Origin: an uncultured PS1 clade bacterium
GTDB taxonomy: Bacteria; Pseudomonadota; Alphaproteobacteria; MED-G09
Direction of reading: 5' to 3'
Assembly: GCA_902537725.1 (NCBI GenBank)
Contig: CACBCD010000005.1
Coordinates: 279-64,278, forward strand
DNA: 64,000 nt
Under the pieces are notes generated by a model, which saw only the letters and a list, made by a program, of their open reading frames with translations, was not told the origin of the DNA and did no database searches. Of the stretch, positions 40,100 through 51,703 are shown one piece after another. The stretch's first letter is position 1, and each line of letters starts with the position of its first letter. The position numbers were made by a program, and so were the translations under genes.

Positions 40100-42013
40100 T
40101 TATTTAATATCGGGCGGAAGAGACTCTAGTCTTATTTGCTCAATACATTCGTCAACATTCATAGTTTTCTGCTCTTTAGAGCCTAGGCGACGAATAGTAA
40201 TTGTATTTTCTTCCACTTCTCTATCACCTAAAACAAGAATGAAGGGCACTTTATTAACTGAATGTTCTCTGACTTTATAATTAATTTTTTCATTTCTTAA
40301 ATCAATTAAAGATCTAATGCCATTATCACGAAGCTTTTCGATGATTCTCTCTGCTGCTTGATTTGATCCAGATGTTATTGTTGTTATTGCAGCTTGAACA
40401 GGCGAAAGCCAAAGAGGGAATTTTCCTTCATAATTTTCAATTAAAATACCTAAAAACCTCTCCAAACTTCCAAGTATTGCCCTATGAAGCATAATTGGGA
40501 TATGTTTATTATTATCCTCTCCAATATAAGATGCTCCTAAACGATTGGGTAAATTAAAATCAACTTGAAGAGTTCCACACTGCCAGACCCTACCAATTGC
40601 ATCATGAAGGTAAAAATCTAGTTTTGGTCCATAAAATGCTCCATCACCTTTATTCTCTTCAAAAGGTAGGCCAGTTGCTTTAGTAGCTTTTAACAGAGCA
40701 CCTTCAGCTTTATCCCAAATAGCATCATCGCCAACTCTTTTCTCAGGTCTATCGGCAAACATAATTGAAACCTTATCAAAACCTAGTTCTTCATAAACTT
40801 CCTTTAAAAGGTTACAAAATAAAATTGTCTCAGATTCAATTTGATCTTCAGTACAAAAAATATGAGCATCATCTTGTACAAAATTTCGTACCCTCATTAA
40901 ACCATGAAGGGCACCTGATGGTTCATATCTATGACACGAACCAAATTCAGACATTCTTAGAGGAAGGTCTCTGTAGCTTTTTATTCCTTGATTAAAAACT
41001 TGAATATGACCCGGGCAATTCATTGGTTTCAACGCCAGTTCTCTCTCATCAGCCTCAGAGGTATACATATGTTCCGAGTATTTATCCCAATGACCAGACT
41101 GCTCCCAAAGTTTTTTATCAATTAACTGAGGTGTTTTAATTTCTTGATAGCCACCTTTCGTAATTTTTCTTCTAATATATTCCTCTAACTCTCTATATAT
41201 ACTCCAGCCTTTGGGATGCCAAAACACCATACCTACAGCTTCATCTTGAAAATGGAATAAATCTAACTCTCTTCCAAGCTTCCTATGGTCTCTCTTTTCA
41301 GCCTCTTCTAATAAAATAAGATGTTTTTTTAAATCTTTATCATTAGACCAAGCTGTACCATAAATTCTTTGAAGCATTTTATTGTCAGAATTACCTCTCC
41401 AATAAGCTCCAGCTATTTTCATTAATTTAAATGAACGAAGATGTCTTGTTGATGTTACATGAGGTCCGCGGCACATGTCCGTATACTCATTATGATGATA
41501 CAAAGCAATTATTTCATTATCGGGAATTTCATTAATAATCTCAATTTTATAATCTTCATTTCTATCTTTAAATGCTTTTAAAGCCTGCTCTCTATCAACC
41601 ACGTTCCTAACAACATCATAATCAGTATTTGCTAATTCTTTCATTCTGGCTTCTATTAACTCAAGATCCTTATCATTAAGAGAAACATCCAAATCAATAT
41701 CATAGTAAAATCCATTATCAATAGTAGGACCTATAGCCATTTTTGCTTTAGGATACATTTGCTTTATAGCATGACCAAATAAATGAGCGCATGAGTGTCT
41801 AATAATTTCTAAACCCTCAGGATCAGAATTTGTTACAATAATTACATCTGAATCCTCAGTAATCTTTTCTGATGCATCAACTAGAATTCCATTAATTTTT
41901 CCAGCAACTGTTGCTTTTGCAAGACCTGCACCTATTGAGTTAGATAGTTCATCAATAGTTATAGATTTTTCAAATTCTTTTTTTGACCCATCTGGTAGTG
42001 TAACTATTGGCAT
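40100..42013 (-). CDS. thrS: Threonine--tRNA ligase
   Basis: TGS domain at the N-terminus, class II motifs, 637 aa. Confidence 0.9.
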   Translation of the reverse strand: MPIVTLPDGSKKEFEKSITIDELSNSIGAGLAKATVAGKINGILVDASEKITEDSDVIIVTNSDPEGLEIIRHSCAHLFGHAIKQMYPKAKMAIGPTIDNGFYYDIDLDVSLNDKDLELIEARMKELANTDYDVVRNVVDREQALKAFKDRNEDYKIEIINEIPDNEIIALYHHNEYTDMCRGPHVTSTRHLRSFKLMKIAGAYWRGNSDNKMLQRIYGTAWSNDKDLKKHLILLEEAEKRDHRKLGRELDLFHFQDEAVGMVFWHPKGWSIYRELEEYIRRKITKGGYQEIKTPQLIDKKLWEQSGHWDKYSEHMYTSEADERELALKPMNCPGHIQVFNQGIKSYRDLPLRMSEFGSCHRYEPSGALHGLMRVRNFVQDDAHIFCTEDQIESETILFCNLLKEVYEELGFDKVSIMFADRPEKRVGDDAIWDKAEGALLKATKATGLPFEENKGDGAFYGPKLDFYLHDAIGRVWQCGTLQVDFNLPNRLGASYIGEDNNKHIPIMLHRAILGSLERFLGILIENYEGKFPLWLSPVQAAITTITSGSNQAAERIIEKLRDNGIRSLIDLRNEKINYKVREHSVNKVPFILVLGDREVEENTITIRRLGSKEQKTMNVDECIEQIRLESLPPDIK

Positions 42014-42017
42014 AACC

Positions 42018-42272
42018 TTAAAAATCCTTTTTTATTTTTTTTATCTCTTCAAAATTTGGTACTGGATCATAACCATGACCACCCCACGGATGACAACGTA
42101 TAATCCTTTTCACGGTTAATTTCAAACCAATCATAAATCCAAATCTCTTAAATGCCTCCAATGAGTATGACGAACAAGTGGGTTCAAATCGACAAGATTT
42201 CATCAAAAAAGGAGAAATTAATTTTTTATATAAATTTATCAAAAATATAGAAAATTTTACAGGAGGACTCAA
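42018..42272 (-). CDS. yidD: Membrane protein insertion efficiency factor YidD
   Basis: [10 protein letters not shown]...[14 protein letters not shown] signature. Confidence 0.8.
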   Translation of the reverse strand: MSPPVKFSIFLINLYKKLISPFLMKSCRFEPTCSSYSLEAFKRFGFMIGLKLTVKRIIRCHPWGGHGYDPVPNFEEIKKIKKDF

Positions 42273-42724
42273 AGTAATTCACCGCTTGGTTTTTGGGATT
42301 TCGATAAATATTGATTTATACAATCTTCGACAGCATCAAAAGTTAATAAAACTGATGAGTGTCTCCCTTTGTAATCTTTAACTGGTTGTAAAACCTCTAA
42401 ATCAGACCACTTACCTGATGGTGGGGGGCCATCATGTTTCAACATTTCTTTCATTCTAATTTTAAGATCTAATAACTCATTAATATCAGTACCTATTATT
42501 TTTTTCGCCATTACTGATGAAGATGCTTGACCTAGGGCGCATGCTTTTACAACATGCGAAAAGTTATTAATTTTATTTCCTGAAATTTCAATATCGACTG
42601 TAACCTTTGAACCACATAATCTGCTTATAGCCTCAGAGGAAAATTCAGCATTCTCCAATCTTCCTACTTTTGATAAAGTAGCAGCCAATTCTAAAATTCT
42701 TTCATTATATAAGTTTTCAACCAT
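42269..42724 (-). CDS. NifU/IscU-like Fe-S cluster assembly scaffold family protein
   Basis: NifU N-terminal-like domain; 151 aa. Confidence 0.5.
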   Translation of the reverse strand: MVENLYNERILELAATLSKVGRLENAEFSSEAISRLCGSKVTVDIEISGNKINNFSHVVKACALGQASSSVMAKKIIGTDINELLDLKIRMKEMLKHDGPPPSGKWSDLEVLQPVKDYKGRHSSVLLTFDAVEDCINQYLSKSQKPSGELL

Positions 42725-42741
42725 AATTATATTATTATCAC

Positions 42742-44067
42742 TTAAGTATCATTTATTTCTACACCTAAACCCAAAAGAATCTCTCTGAGCTTATCTGACT
42801 CTTTATAGTCTTTGTTTTGACGCGCAATTTCTCTTTGCTTAATAAGACTTTTAATTTCTTTTGTTATTTTTTGTTTGGGCATTTTATCTATTGATTTGTG
42901 TTTTAATAATCCTATTAAATTTGCAGATCCAACTAAAGACCTAACTAAATCGTCTTTATTTTTTGATTTTGAGATATTTTTTGAAATCGAAAAAATTTCA
43001 GCAAGGGCTTTTGGAGTGTTTAAATCATCATGAAGCGCCTCTAGAACTTTATCATCAGGTTTACAGTTATTTATATCTATATTGCTGTCTAGATCTTTAA
43101 TAGAATTATATAAATTATTAATCGTTTTTTTTGATTGAGAAATTAAATCATCACTCCATATTAAGGGCTGTCTATAATGAGAGCCCAACATTGCAAGGCG
43201 TATTATCTCTCCATCATAATCTTTCAAAAGATCCTTCATGAGAACAAAGTTTTTCATAGATTTAGACATTTTATTATTATTAACCCTTAAAAGACCATTA
43301 TGAACCCAAAAGTTAGAGAGATTCTTTTTATTACAGCATTTTGACTGAGCCAACTCATTTTCGTGATGAGGAAATGTTAAATCTTCCCCTCCTCCATGAA
43401 TATCAATTGTTTCTCCTAAGTGTTTTTTTATCATAGTTGAGCACTCTAAATGCCAACCTGGTCTTCCTCTGCCCCAAGGACTTTCCCAACCTATTTCATT
43501 CTCTTTAGATGGCTTCCATAAAATAAAATCTGATGATCCTTTTTTATAGCTCGCTACCTGTATTCTTGACCCAGGTATCATATCTTCAACCTTTCTTCCT
43601 GATAAGGATCCATACTCAGAAAAAGTAGAAACATCAAAAAGAACGTTAGAATCAGAAATGTATGCATTTTTATTTGAAATAAGCTCATTAATAAAGCTTA
43701 TCATTTCATTAATGTGGTCAGTTGCAAATGGTTCAATATCAGGAGGAAGAACATTTAATCGCTCAAAATCTTTATGATATTGTTTTGTATATTTATCTGT
43801 AATTTCTGATACAGAGATACCCTCATCCTTTGAAGCTGTTATTATTTTATCGTCTACATCTGTAATATTTCTTGCATAAATAACTTTTTCATATTTATAC
43901 CTAAGTAATCTCGTTAATGTATCAAAAACAATTGCCGACCTTCCATTGCCGATGTGACCTGGACCATAAACAGTTGGTCCGCAAGCATAAATCGTAACTC
44001 TTTTATCATTTATAGGAGTGAAGAGTTCTTTTTTACGAGTGTAAGAGTTATATAAAGTTAATTTCAT
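42742..44067 (-). CDS. cysS: Cysteine--tRNA ligase
   Basis: HIGN and KMSKS class I motifs. Confidence 0.9.
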   Translation of the reverse strand: MKLTLYNSYTRKKELFTPINDKRVTIYACGPTVYGPGHIGNGRSAIVFDTLTRLLRYKYEKVIYARNITDVDDKIITASKDEGISVSEITDKYTKQYHKDFERLNVLPPDIEPFATDHINEMISFINELISNKNAYISDSNVLFDVSTFSEYGSLSGRKVEDMIPGSRIQVASYKKGSSDFILWKPSKENEIGWESPWGRGRPGWHLECSTMIKKHLGETIDIHGGGEDLTFPHHENELAQSKCCNKKNLSNFWVHNGLLRVNNNKMSKSMKNFVLMKDLLKDYDGEIIRLAMLGSHYRQPLIWSDDLISQSKKTINNLYNSIKDLDSNIDINNCKPDDKVLEALHDDLNTPKALAEIFSISKNISKSKNKDDLVRSLVGSANLIGLLKHKSIDKMPKQKITKEIKSLIKQREIARQNKDYKESDKLREILLGLGVEINDT

Positions 44068-44198
44068 TTTTAATTAATTCTATTAATAAATTGATAGTTT
44101 ATATATGGAAAAAACTAAATAATTAAATAAAAACAAAAAAATATTGCTCTAATGCCTTTAGAATTGTACATGTATAGTACTTATAAAGGAGATTACTG

Positions 44199-44822
44199 AT
44201 GGATAAAAAAGTTTCTGATGAAATTATTCATACTGAATCAACAAAACTAAATAAAAATAAACCCTCCAGAAAAGAAGCAATGGAAGCGGTAAAGACGTTA
44301 ATATCTTGGGCTGGAGATGATCCTTCGAGAGAAGGTTTAATTGAGACACCCAAAAGAGTTGTTAACGCCTATGAAGAATTTTTTGCAGGGTATGAAATGG
44401 ATGCATCAAAAGTTTTAGGTAAAACATTTGAAGATGTTAATGGATATGATGATTTAGTTTTCCTTAGAGATATAAATATTGAAACTCACTGCGAACATCA
44501 CATGGTTCCAATTTTAGGAAAGGCCCACGTAGCATATCTTCCTAATAAGAAAATTGTGGGTATTTCAAAACTAGCAAGAGTTGTAGAAATTTTTGCTAAA
44601 CGTCTTCAAACCCAAGAAACAATGACAATGCAAGTTATCAATACTATTGATAATGTTCTTGAGCCATTTGGTACAGCAGTAATGATTGATGCAAAACATC
44701 AATGCATGACGACAAGAGGTATTAACAAACCAAATGTTTCAACCGTTACTACTAAATTTTCAGGCTTATTTTCTGAGGACCCTGAATTAAGAAATAGATT
44801 TATGCAGTTAATCAGGGAATAA
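44199..44822 (+). CDS. folE: GTP cyclohydrolase I
   Basis: CEHHMVP zinc-site motif. Confidence 0.85.
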   Translation: MDKKVSDEIIHTESTKLNKNKPSRKEAMEAVKTLISWAGDDPSREGLIETPKRVVNAYEEFFAGYEMDASKVLGKTFEDVNGYDDLVFLRDINIETHCEHHMVPILGKAHVAYLPNKKIVGISKLARVVEIFAKRLQTQETMTMQVINTIDNVLEPFGTAVMIDAKHQCMTTRGINKPNVSTVTTKFSGLFSEDPELRNRFMQLIRE

Positions 44823-44824
44823 AT

Positions 44825-45313
44825 TTGTCAGAAGATTATCAAAAAAAATTTCACAAAAGATTATCGGTTGAAGAAGTTGAAGAAGGTAATACACTTTCTC
44901 CAAAATTTGATGAAAATGGTCTTATTCCATGTGTAACTACTGACAGTAAAACAAATGAAGTACTTATGATTGGATACATGAATGCGGAAGCATTGGTAAA
45001 AACAATTGAGTCTGGCGAAGCATTTTATTTTAGCAGAAGTAGGCAGACTGTATGGCACAAAGGGCAAACCTCTGGCCTTACTCAAAAAGTTAAAGAAATA
45101 AGAATTGACGACGATCAAGATTCAATTTGGCTTACAGTAGATGTAGGTGGTTCAGGTGCGAGTTGTCATGTAGGTTATAAATCATGCTTTTACAGATCTA
45201 TTCCATCAGAAAATCAAATAAATTTAGATTTAGAATTAAAGTGGGAAGAAAAAGAAAAAGTTTTTGACCCTATTGAGGTTTATGGTGATACACCAAACCC
45301 TACAAAATTATAA
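44825..45313 (+). CDS. hisI: Phosphoribosyl-AMP cyclohydrolase
   Basis: PRA-CH domain; 162 aa. Confidence 0.75.
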   Translation: MSEDYQKKFHKRLSVEEVEEGNTLSPKFDENGLIPCVTTDSKTNEVLMIGYMNAEALVKTIESGEAFYFSRSRQTVWHKGQTSGLTQKVKEIRIDDDQDSIWLTVDVGGSGASCHVGYKSCFYRSIPSENQINLDLELKWEEKEKVFDPIEVYGDTPNPTKL

Positions 45314-45676
45314 TTAATTAGGAAACTTTCCAAAAGGAAATGGTTTTTCTTTATCTGCCTGAAAGGAAAAATCCAAACACTCTGACATATAAACTGATAA
45401 TCTTTTAGTAAAGTTCTTGAGGTCTTCAGGATGATCTGATCCTACTGCTCTTACAATAAATCCAAGTATAGCAAGAACTACAATTATCCAAAAAGCTAAA
45501 TAAGCCAGGACAATAAAGAAAATACTGAAGAGAATATCAACTATGAAACTCATAATAGTTAGAGCAATCTTATCATCAGAAGACTCTATATTATCTTTAG
45601 AAACTTTATTTTTTTTTGAAGTATCTTTTTCTACCATAATAATCACTTTGATAAATGAAATAACTTTATTTAGCAA
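45314..45676 (-). CDS. Small membrane hypothetical protein
   Basis: Two transmembrane helices; 120 aa. Confidence 0.4.
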   Translation of the reverse strand: MLNKVISFIKVIIMVEKDTSKKNKVSKDNIESSDDKIALTIMSFIVDILFSIFFIVLAYLAFWIIVVLAILGFIVRAVGSDHPEDLKNFTKRLSVYMSECLDFSFQADKEKPFPFGKFPN

Positions 45677-45681
45677 TAAAA

Positions 45682-47430
45682 TTAACTAGGCTGTCTAATT
45701 TTATTAACTAGATTTCTTATTTCATCTGGAGGTGGTTTAGTTGTAAAGGATATTATAATCGCAAAGAAAAAATTAATTAGCATCCCCACCACACCAATAC
45801 CCTCTGGCGAAATACCTAAAAACCAATGATCTGGGGAATTAAGTTCTGGAGAAATAAATTTAAAAAATACAATATAACTCAAAGTAAAGATTAATCCTGA
45901 AACCATCCCAGATACTGCACCAAAAGAATTAATTCTTTTTGAGAAAATTCCCATTATTAAAACTGGAAAAATTGATGACGCGGCTAGACCAAATGCAAAG
46001 GCCACAACCTGAGCAACAAATGCTGGTGGATAAATTCCAAAAATACCTGCGATAGCTATAGCAATAGCAGCAGACAGTCTTGCATAGAATAATTCCTGTT
46101 TATCATTAATTGACGGACGAAAAATTTTTTTCATCAAATCATGACTTATTGCAGAAGAAATTACTAATAATAAACCAGCTGCAGTTGATAAAGCTGCAGC
46201 CAATGCTCCAGCAGCTACAAGAGCAATGACCCAATTAGGTAAAGCTGCGATTTCAGGATTAGCAAGAACCATAATATCTCTATCAATATAAATTTCATTA
46301 TTATTATCTGAAGGTTTATTCAAAACAACTCTCTCGCCATTCTCTCCCCTTTGATTAGAAAAAATTGGTTTAGTATTTTCTAGGGCTTTACCAGGCCCAT
46401 ATTGAATTATTCCATCTTTATTTTTATCTAACCATGAAATTAATCCAATATTTTCCCAATTTTTGAACCATTGTGGAGTAGTTTGATATTCAGAATTATG
46501 AATAGTATCGATAAAATTTAACCTTGAAAAAGAAGAAACTGCTGGAGCAGTCGTATACAAAATTGCAATAAACAATAAAGCCCAACCAGCAGATGTTCTT
46601 GCATCTCTTACCCTTGGTACCGTAAAAAATCTAACTATTACATGGGGCAATCCTGCAGTGCCTGCCATAAGGGCTGCTGTAATGCAAAAAACATCTATTT
46701 TTGATTTAGTCGATCCAGTGTAATCATTGAAGCCTAAATCATTTAAGACAAGGTTTAACTTATCAAGTAAATAAATATCTTCATTTAAAATTTTTGAACC
46801 AAAACCCAATTGAGGAACTGGATTTCCAGTAATTAAAATAGAAATAAAAATTGCCGGCACCATATATGCAAAAATTAAAACACAATATTGTGCAACCTGG
46901 GTATATGTGATTCCTTTCATACCGCCTAAAACAGCATAAATAAAAACTATTATCATTCCAACTATCACACCGGTGTTGATATCAACCTCTAAGAATCTAG
47001 AAAAAACAATTCCTACTCCTCTCATTTGTCCAGCTATATAGGTAAATGAAATAAATATCAGGCAAAGTACTGCCACAAATCTAGCAATCTTTGAATAATA
47101 CCTTTCACCAATAAAATCAGGTACTGTATATTTACCAAACTTTCTTAAATACGGGGCCAATAATAGAGCGAGTAAAACATAGCCACCAGTCCAACCCATA
47201 AGATAAACTGCTCCATCCCTTCCCATAAAAGATATAATCCCTGCCATAGAAATAAATGATGCTGCTGACATCCAGTCGGCTGCAGTAGCCATACCATTTG
47301 CTACAGGATGTACTCCTCCCCCAGCTATATAAAATTCATTTGTAGAAGATGCTTTCGACCATAATGCAATACCAATATACAAAGCAAAAGATGCGCCTGC
47401 TATCAAATATGTAAGAAACTGAAGATCCAA
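45682..47430 (-). CDS. Sodium:solute symporter (SSS family)
   Basis: About 13 transmembrane helices; 582 aa; preceded by its DUF4212 small subunit. Confidence 0.8.
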   Translation of the reverse strand: MDLQFLTYLIAGASFALYIGIALWSKASSTNEFYIAGGGVHPVANGMATAADWMSAASFISMAGIISFMGRDGAVYLMGWTGGYVLLALLLAPYLRKFGKYTVPDFIGERYYSKIARFVAVLCLIFISFTYIAGQMRGVGIVFSRFLEVDINTGVIVGMIIVFIYAVLGGMKGITYTQVAQYCVLIFAYMVPAIFISILITGNPVPQLGFGSKILNEDIYLLDKLNLVLNDLGFNDYTGSTKSKIDVFCITAALMAGTAGLPHVIVRFFTVPRVRDARTSAGWALLFIAILYTTAPAVSSFSRLNFIDTIHNSEYQTTPQWFKNWENIGLISWLDKNKDGIIQYGPGKALENTKPIFSNQRGENGERVVLNKPSDNNNEIYIDRDIMVLANPEIAALPNWVIALVAAGALAAALSTAAGLLLVISSAISHDLMKKIFRPSINDKQELFYARLSAAIAIAIAGIFGIYPPAFVAQVVAFAFGLAASSIFPVLIMGIFSKRINSFGAVSGMVSGLIFTLSYIVFFKFISPELNSPDHWFLGISPEGIGVVGMLINFFFAIIISFTTKPPPDEIRNLVNKIRQPS

Positions 47431-47682
47431 TTATTCCTCCTCAGAATTATATATTTTATCTAATCTATTCATAAGAAAGCAATAAAGAATAATTATTAAA
47501 ACAAAAGTTATGATAGAGCCTTGTTGAGAAAACCAAAATCCAAGCTTAAAACCACCAATTTGAAATTTATCAAGATATTCCGTAAATAATATCCCTGCAC
47601 CGAAAGAAGATAGAAACCAAATAGAGAGAAGAAAAATAACTATCAGTATATTTGCACTCCAATAACTTAGCTTAATTTTCAT
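47431..47682 (-). CDS. DUF4212 small membrane subunit associated with the SSS transporter
   Basis: 83 aa, two transmembrane helices, abutting the symporter gene. Confidence 0.65.
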   Translation of the reverse strand: MKIKLSYWSANILIVIFLLSIWFLSSFGAGILFTEYLDKFQIGGFKLGFWFSQQGSIITFVLIIILYCFLMNRLDKIYNSEEE

Positions 47683-47683
47683 A

Positions 47684-48289
47684 TCAAAAATTTCCCAAAA
47701 TTTTTTCTTTCACTAATTGTAAACGGTCATTACCAAAATACATGTCATTTTCATTAATAAAAATTGTGGGAGAGCCAAACCCTCCTCTTTCCATTAAATT
47801 ATTTGTATTTTTTCTTAACTGATCCTTAATAGCTTGAGTTTTAATTTCATTCATAAAAAAATCTTTTTCAATACCATTAGCAACGGCTATTTCAGATAAA
47901 ATATCTAAATTAGAAATATCCATTCCTTTTGACCAATACAATTCGAAACAGGAATAACTGAAAGGTACAAGTTTATTATACTTATCAGCTACTATTACAC
48001 CTCGCATTACATTCACTGCGTTCAAAGGAAATAAATCTGGCCAATTAATTGTAATATTGTATAGAGCCGACCAATCTTTTAGGTCTTTTCTGGAATATTT
48101 AAATTTTAAAGGATTGGGGTTTTTTCTTGTTTCATATATATCTTGATTTACGGAATTAAAAACACCACCAACAAGAATAGGTCTCCACTCTACTTGAATT
48201 TTATTATTTTTAATAATTTCTTGAAAACCATGAAAAGCTAGATAGGTCCAAGGAGAGGAACAATCAAAAAAAAATTCTATTTTGCTCAT
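47684..48289 (-). CDS. 2-hydroxychromene-2-carboxylate isomerase / DsbA-like thioredoxin-fold protein
   Basis: N-terminal FFDCSSPWTY motif. Confidence 0.65.
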   Translation of the reverse strand: MSKIEFFFDCSSPWTYLAFHGFQEIIKNNKIQVEWRPILVGGVFNSVNQDIYETRKNPNPLKFKYSRKDLKDWSALYNITINWPDLFPLNAVNVMRGVIVADKYNKLVPFSYSCFELYWSKGMDISNLDILSEIAVANGIEKDFFMNEIKTQAIKDQLRKNTNNLMERGGFGSPTIFINENDMYFGNDRLQLVKEKILGNF

Positions 48290-48295
48290 AAGTGG

Positions 48296-49084
48296 TTACT
48301 TGCCAGTCCAATTTGGTTTCCTTTTTTCAGAAAAAGCCAAAGGTCCTTCAATAAAATCCTCACTTTTAAATAAATTTATAACTGACTCATATTTTGCAGA
48401 CATTGCGTCTTCTATATTAGCATGTGATAAACCTGACATTGCAACATCTTTAGTTGTCCTAATTGATGTTGGAGAACAATCTAAAATTAATTGTGCCCAA
48501 TTTTCAGCAGTTTTCATTAATTCTTCGATTTTTGTAACCTCATTAACAAAACCTAAATTTAAGCCTTCTTCAGCACTTACAGTTCTTCCAGTAAGCATCA
48601 TACTCATTGCTCTTTTCATTCCAATCTGTCTGGGTAATCGGTGCATTCCACCAGCTAAAGCAGCAAGACCTACTTTTGGTTCGGGTAGTGCAAATGTAGC
48701 ATTTTCGGAGGCTATTATTAAATCACAAGCCAAAGCAATTTCAAATCCTCCTCCCATTGCAACCCCATTAACTGCAGCAATAAGTGGTTTATTTAAGTTA
48801 AATCGTGATGTTAAGCCCGCAAAACCTGTATCGTTTCTCTCCATTTTTCCGCCTTCTGCCTGATACCTCAGATCATTACCTGCACAAAAAGCTCTTTCAC
48901 CTTCTCCAGTAATTATTGCTACCCATGCATTTTCGTCATTTGAAAAATCATTAAAAATTTTCTCTAACTCAAAATGAGCCGGTGAATGAAGAGCATTCAT
49001 TCTCTCAGGTCTATTTAAAGTAATAATCCATAATTTTTCTTTTTTCTCTAATTTTGAAAATTCATAATCCATTTTAGTCCCCAT
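48296..49084 (-). CDS. Enoyl-CoA hydratase/isomerase (crotonase family)
   Basis: Crotonase fold motifs AAVNGVAMGGG. Confidence 0.8.
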   Translation of the reverse strand: MGTKMDYEFSKLEKKEKLWIITLNRPERMNALHSPAHFELEKIFNDFSNDENAWVAIITGEGERAFCAGNDLRYQAEGGKMERNDTGFAGLTSRFNLNKPLIAAVNGVAMGGGFEIALACDLIIASENATFALPEPKVGLAALAGGMHRLPRQIGMKRAMSMMLTGRTVSAEEGLNLGFVNEVTKIEELMKTAENWAQLILDCSPTSIRTTKDVAMSGLSHANIEDAMSAKYESVINLFKSEDFIEGPLAFSEKRKPNWTGK

Positions 49085-49610
49085 CTATTAATTTTAGTGT
49101 TTTTGAAAAACGATTCCAATTTTCATTATAATGATCAGCCGATGCTTTCAAAAAAAGCTCCATATCTCTATCAATTGACTTAATCACTCTTCCTGGAATT
49201 CCCACAACCATTGAATTATCTGGAATAATTTTACCCTCAGGAATAAGAGCTTTTGATCCTATTAAACAGTTTTTACCAATTTTTGCACCATTTAGAATAA
49301 CCGCTCCAATTCCAATAAGTGAATTATCACCAATGTTGCAGCCATGAAGCATTACTTGATGACCTACAGTTACATCTTCTCCAATAATTAAAGGATATCC
49401 GTAATCATTATGAAGAACACTACTATCTTGAATATTAGAATTTTTACCAATTATTATTTTTTCACAATCACCTCTTACAACAGTATTAAACCATATACTT
49501 GCACCCTCATGAACCTCAACATCTCCAATAACAGAAGCATTTGAAGCAACCCAATAAGATCCTTTTTTCGGTAATTTTGGTTTTTTATTATCTAATTCGT
49601 ATATTGCCAT
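49074..49610 (-). CDS. Gamma-carbonic-anhydrase-like hexapeptide-repeat protein
   Basis: Left-handed beta-helix repeats; YrdA/PaaY-like. Confidence 0.7.
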   Translation of the reverse strand: MAIYELDNKKPKLPKKGSYWVASNASVIGDVEVHEGASIWFNTVVRGDCEKIIIGKNSNIQDSSVLHNDYGYPLIIGEDVTVGHQVMLHGCNIGDNSLIGIGAVILNGAKIGKNCLIGSKALIPEGKIIPDNSMVVGIPGRVIKSIDRDMELFLKASADHYNENWNRFSKTLKLIDGD

Positions 49611-49619
49611 TTTTCTAAA

Positions 49620-50027
49620 TTATAAATCAAAATCTAAGATAGACATTGTAAAGGTATATGATGCGTCATCATTTTTATAGACAATACCAATATATTCATC
49701 ATCCTCGGCTCTTTTTAAATAAACCTCTTGAGAATCATCAATAGACCCCCTGCCTGTTAAAAAAATTTTATCCGTACCTAAAAGATTTATTAAATATTGT
49801 TGATGAGAAATATTGTTTTCTCCTGATAAAGATATAGGGATGCTAACTGTATAAGTTACTTCTTTGTCATCTGGATCAATATCTCTAAAAATGTTACCAA
49901 TGCGGGAGTTATTAATGAAAATACTGTTTAAGTCATCTCCATTTTCGGACTTTCTAATTTGAATTTCTTCATTGCCAAAAGTTATTCTTAAATAATCCTG
50001 AACAATTAAAATTTCATCATTTTTCAT
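49620..50027 (-). CDS. Hypothetical protein
   Basis: 135 aa; no recognisable domain. Confidence 0.35.
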   Translation of the reverse strand: MKNDEILIVQDYLRITFGNEEIQIRKSENGDDLNSIFINNSRIGNIFRDIDPDDKEVTYTVSIPISLSGENNISHQQYLINLLGTDKIFLTGRGSIDDSQEVYLKRAEDDEYIGIVYKNDDASYTFTMSILDFDL

Positions 50028-50038
50028 CTAAACTCGCT

Positions 50039-50791
50039 TTATTGTTTCTTAATTTTTGCTGGAACACCCACAGCTGTACAGTTTGCAGGTAAATCTTCAA
50101 GAACAAGTGAACTAGCTCCAATTTTTACATTATCCCCAATCTTAATATTTCCTAAAATTGAAACATTAGCAGATATAGTTACATTTTTTCCTACTTTTGG
50201 ATGTCTATCTCCAGTTTGGCTACCCGTTGCACCCAATGTTACATCATGAAAAATTGAACAGCCATCACCCACAGATGCTGTCTCGCCAATTACCAAGCCA
50301 GTCGCATGATCCATTAAAACACCTTTTCCAATAACAGCAGCAGGATGAATATCTATATCAAATATTTGAGAAGCTCTTGATTGAAGATAAAAAGCAGTAG
50401 CTTTATTACCCTTTTTCCAATAGTGATTTGCTGCTCTGTAAACTTGAAGGGATTGAAAACCTTTGAAGAACAATATTGGTTGATAATAAGTAATACATGC
50501 CGGATCTCTATCGAATACAGTATTGATATCTGTTATAATTTTTTCATAAGCATTTTTTTCGGAAATAAATGCATTATAAATTATTGATTGTGTTTTTTCT
50601 AAATCAAAACCATTTTGTTGAAGTTGATTAGCTAAAACATATGAAATTGATGACTCAATATCAGAAAAGTTTAGAATCGATTTTGCAAAAAACTCCTCAA
50701 GATCTGGTTCATGCTTTACAGTATCATTAACCTCAGCTGTGAGCTTTTCCCAAAGAGGGCAATCTCTATTAATTTTTTCTATCGAAGACAT
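50039..50791 (-). CDS. cysE: Serine O-acetyltransferase
   Basis: SATase N-terminal domain plus hexapeptide repeats. Confidence 0.75.
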   Translation of the reverse strand: MSSIEKINRDCPLWEKLTAEVNDTVKHEPDLEEFFAKSILNFSDIESSISYVLANQLQQNGFDLEKTQSIIYNAFISEKNAYEKIITDINTVFDRDPACITYYQPILFFKGFQSLQVYRAANHYWKKGNKATAFYLQSRASQIFDIDIHPAAVIGKGVLMDHATGLVIGETASVGDGCSIFHDVTLGATGSQTGDRHPKVGKNVTISANVSILGNIKIGDNVKIGASSLVLEDLPANCTAVGVPAKIKKQ

Positions 50792-50906
50792 TTGACCCCA
50801 AATAATTATTTTAAAAAAATAAAAAATGATTTGTTATTATTTTTTAGTTTTTTATAAATAGTTTAAATTAAATAATATAATTTCGTATATAACAAAATTT
50901 TAAAGG

Positions 50907-51692
50907 ATGCACATGGAAAATAAAGATAAAGTGGCAATAATTACTGGATCATCAGCTGGTTTAGGAGCTTCAGTAGCAATAGGCCTTGCTCAAAAAGGAA
51001 TTAATATTGTTATAAATTATTCTAAAAGTAAGGAAAAAGCTGAGGAAATAGAAAAAATTTGTAAAAAATATCAAGTCGAAACCTTATGTGTTAAAGGTGA
51101 TGTTGCTGCAGATGATAATTGTGTGCATCTTGTTAATGAAACAATAAAAAAATTTAAAAAAGTTGATATATTAGTAAATAATGCTGGAACTACTAAATTT
51201 GCCAATCATCAAAAACTTGATGCATTAACTGATCAAGATTTTATAGATATTTACAAAGTAAATGTTGTTGGTCCATACCAAATGATAAGAGCTGTTGAGC
51301 CTTATATGAAAAAGCAAAAATTTGGAAGCGTCGTTAATGTATCTTCAATAGCAGGTAAAACTGGTATTGGATCATCAATTGCCTATGCAGCATCAAAAGG
51401 GGCACTAAACACAATGACACTCTCTTTAGCTAAAGCCTTGGGACCAGAAATTAGAGTAAATACTGTATGTCCTGGTTTTATTGGTACTGGTTGGTTTTTA
51501 GATAGATTTGGAGAAGAAACATTTAACAGAATTGTTAAAGATCAAGAGGATATAACTCCTTTAAAAAGAGCTGGAACACCTGACGATATTGCAAAGTCAG
51601 TTATCTTTTTTTGTTTAGAGGGTGGAGAGCATATTACCGGTGAGACATTAATTTCTGATGCTGGTATGCATTTGTCTTTACCTAAACAATAA
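50907..51692 (+). CDS. SDR family oxidoreductase (FabG-like)
   Basis: ITGSSAGLG, NNAG, YAASK. Confidence 0.75.
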   Translation: MHMENKDKVAIITGSSAGLGASVAIGLAQKGINIVINYSKSKEKAEEIEKICKKYQVETLCVKGDVAADDNCVHLVNETIKKFKKVDILVNNAGTTKFANHQKLDALTDQDFIDIYKVNVVGPYQMIRAVEPYMKKQKFGSVVNVSSIAGKTGIGSSIAYAASKGALNTMTLSLAKALGPEIRVNTVCPGFIGTGWFLDRFGEETFNRIVKDQEDITPLKRAGTPDDIAKSVIFFCLEGGEHITGETLISDAGMHLSLPKQ

Positions 51693-51703
51693 GGAATCAA
51701 ATT

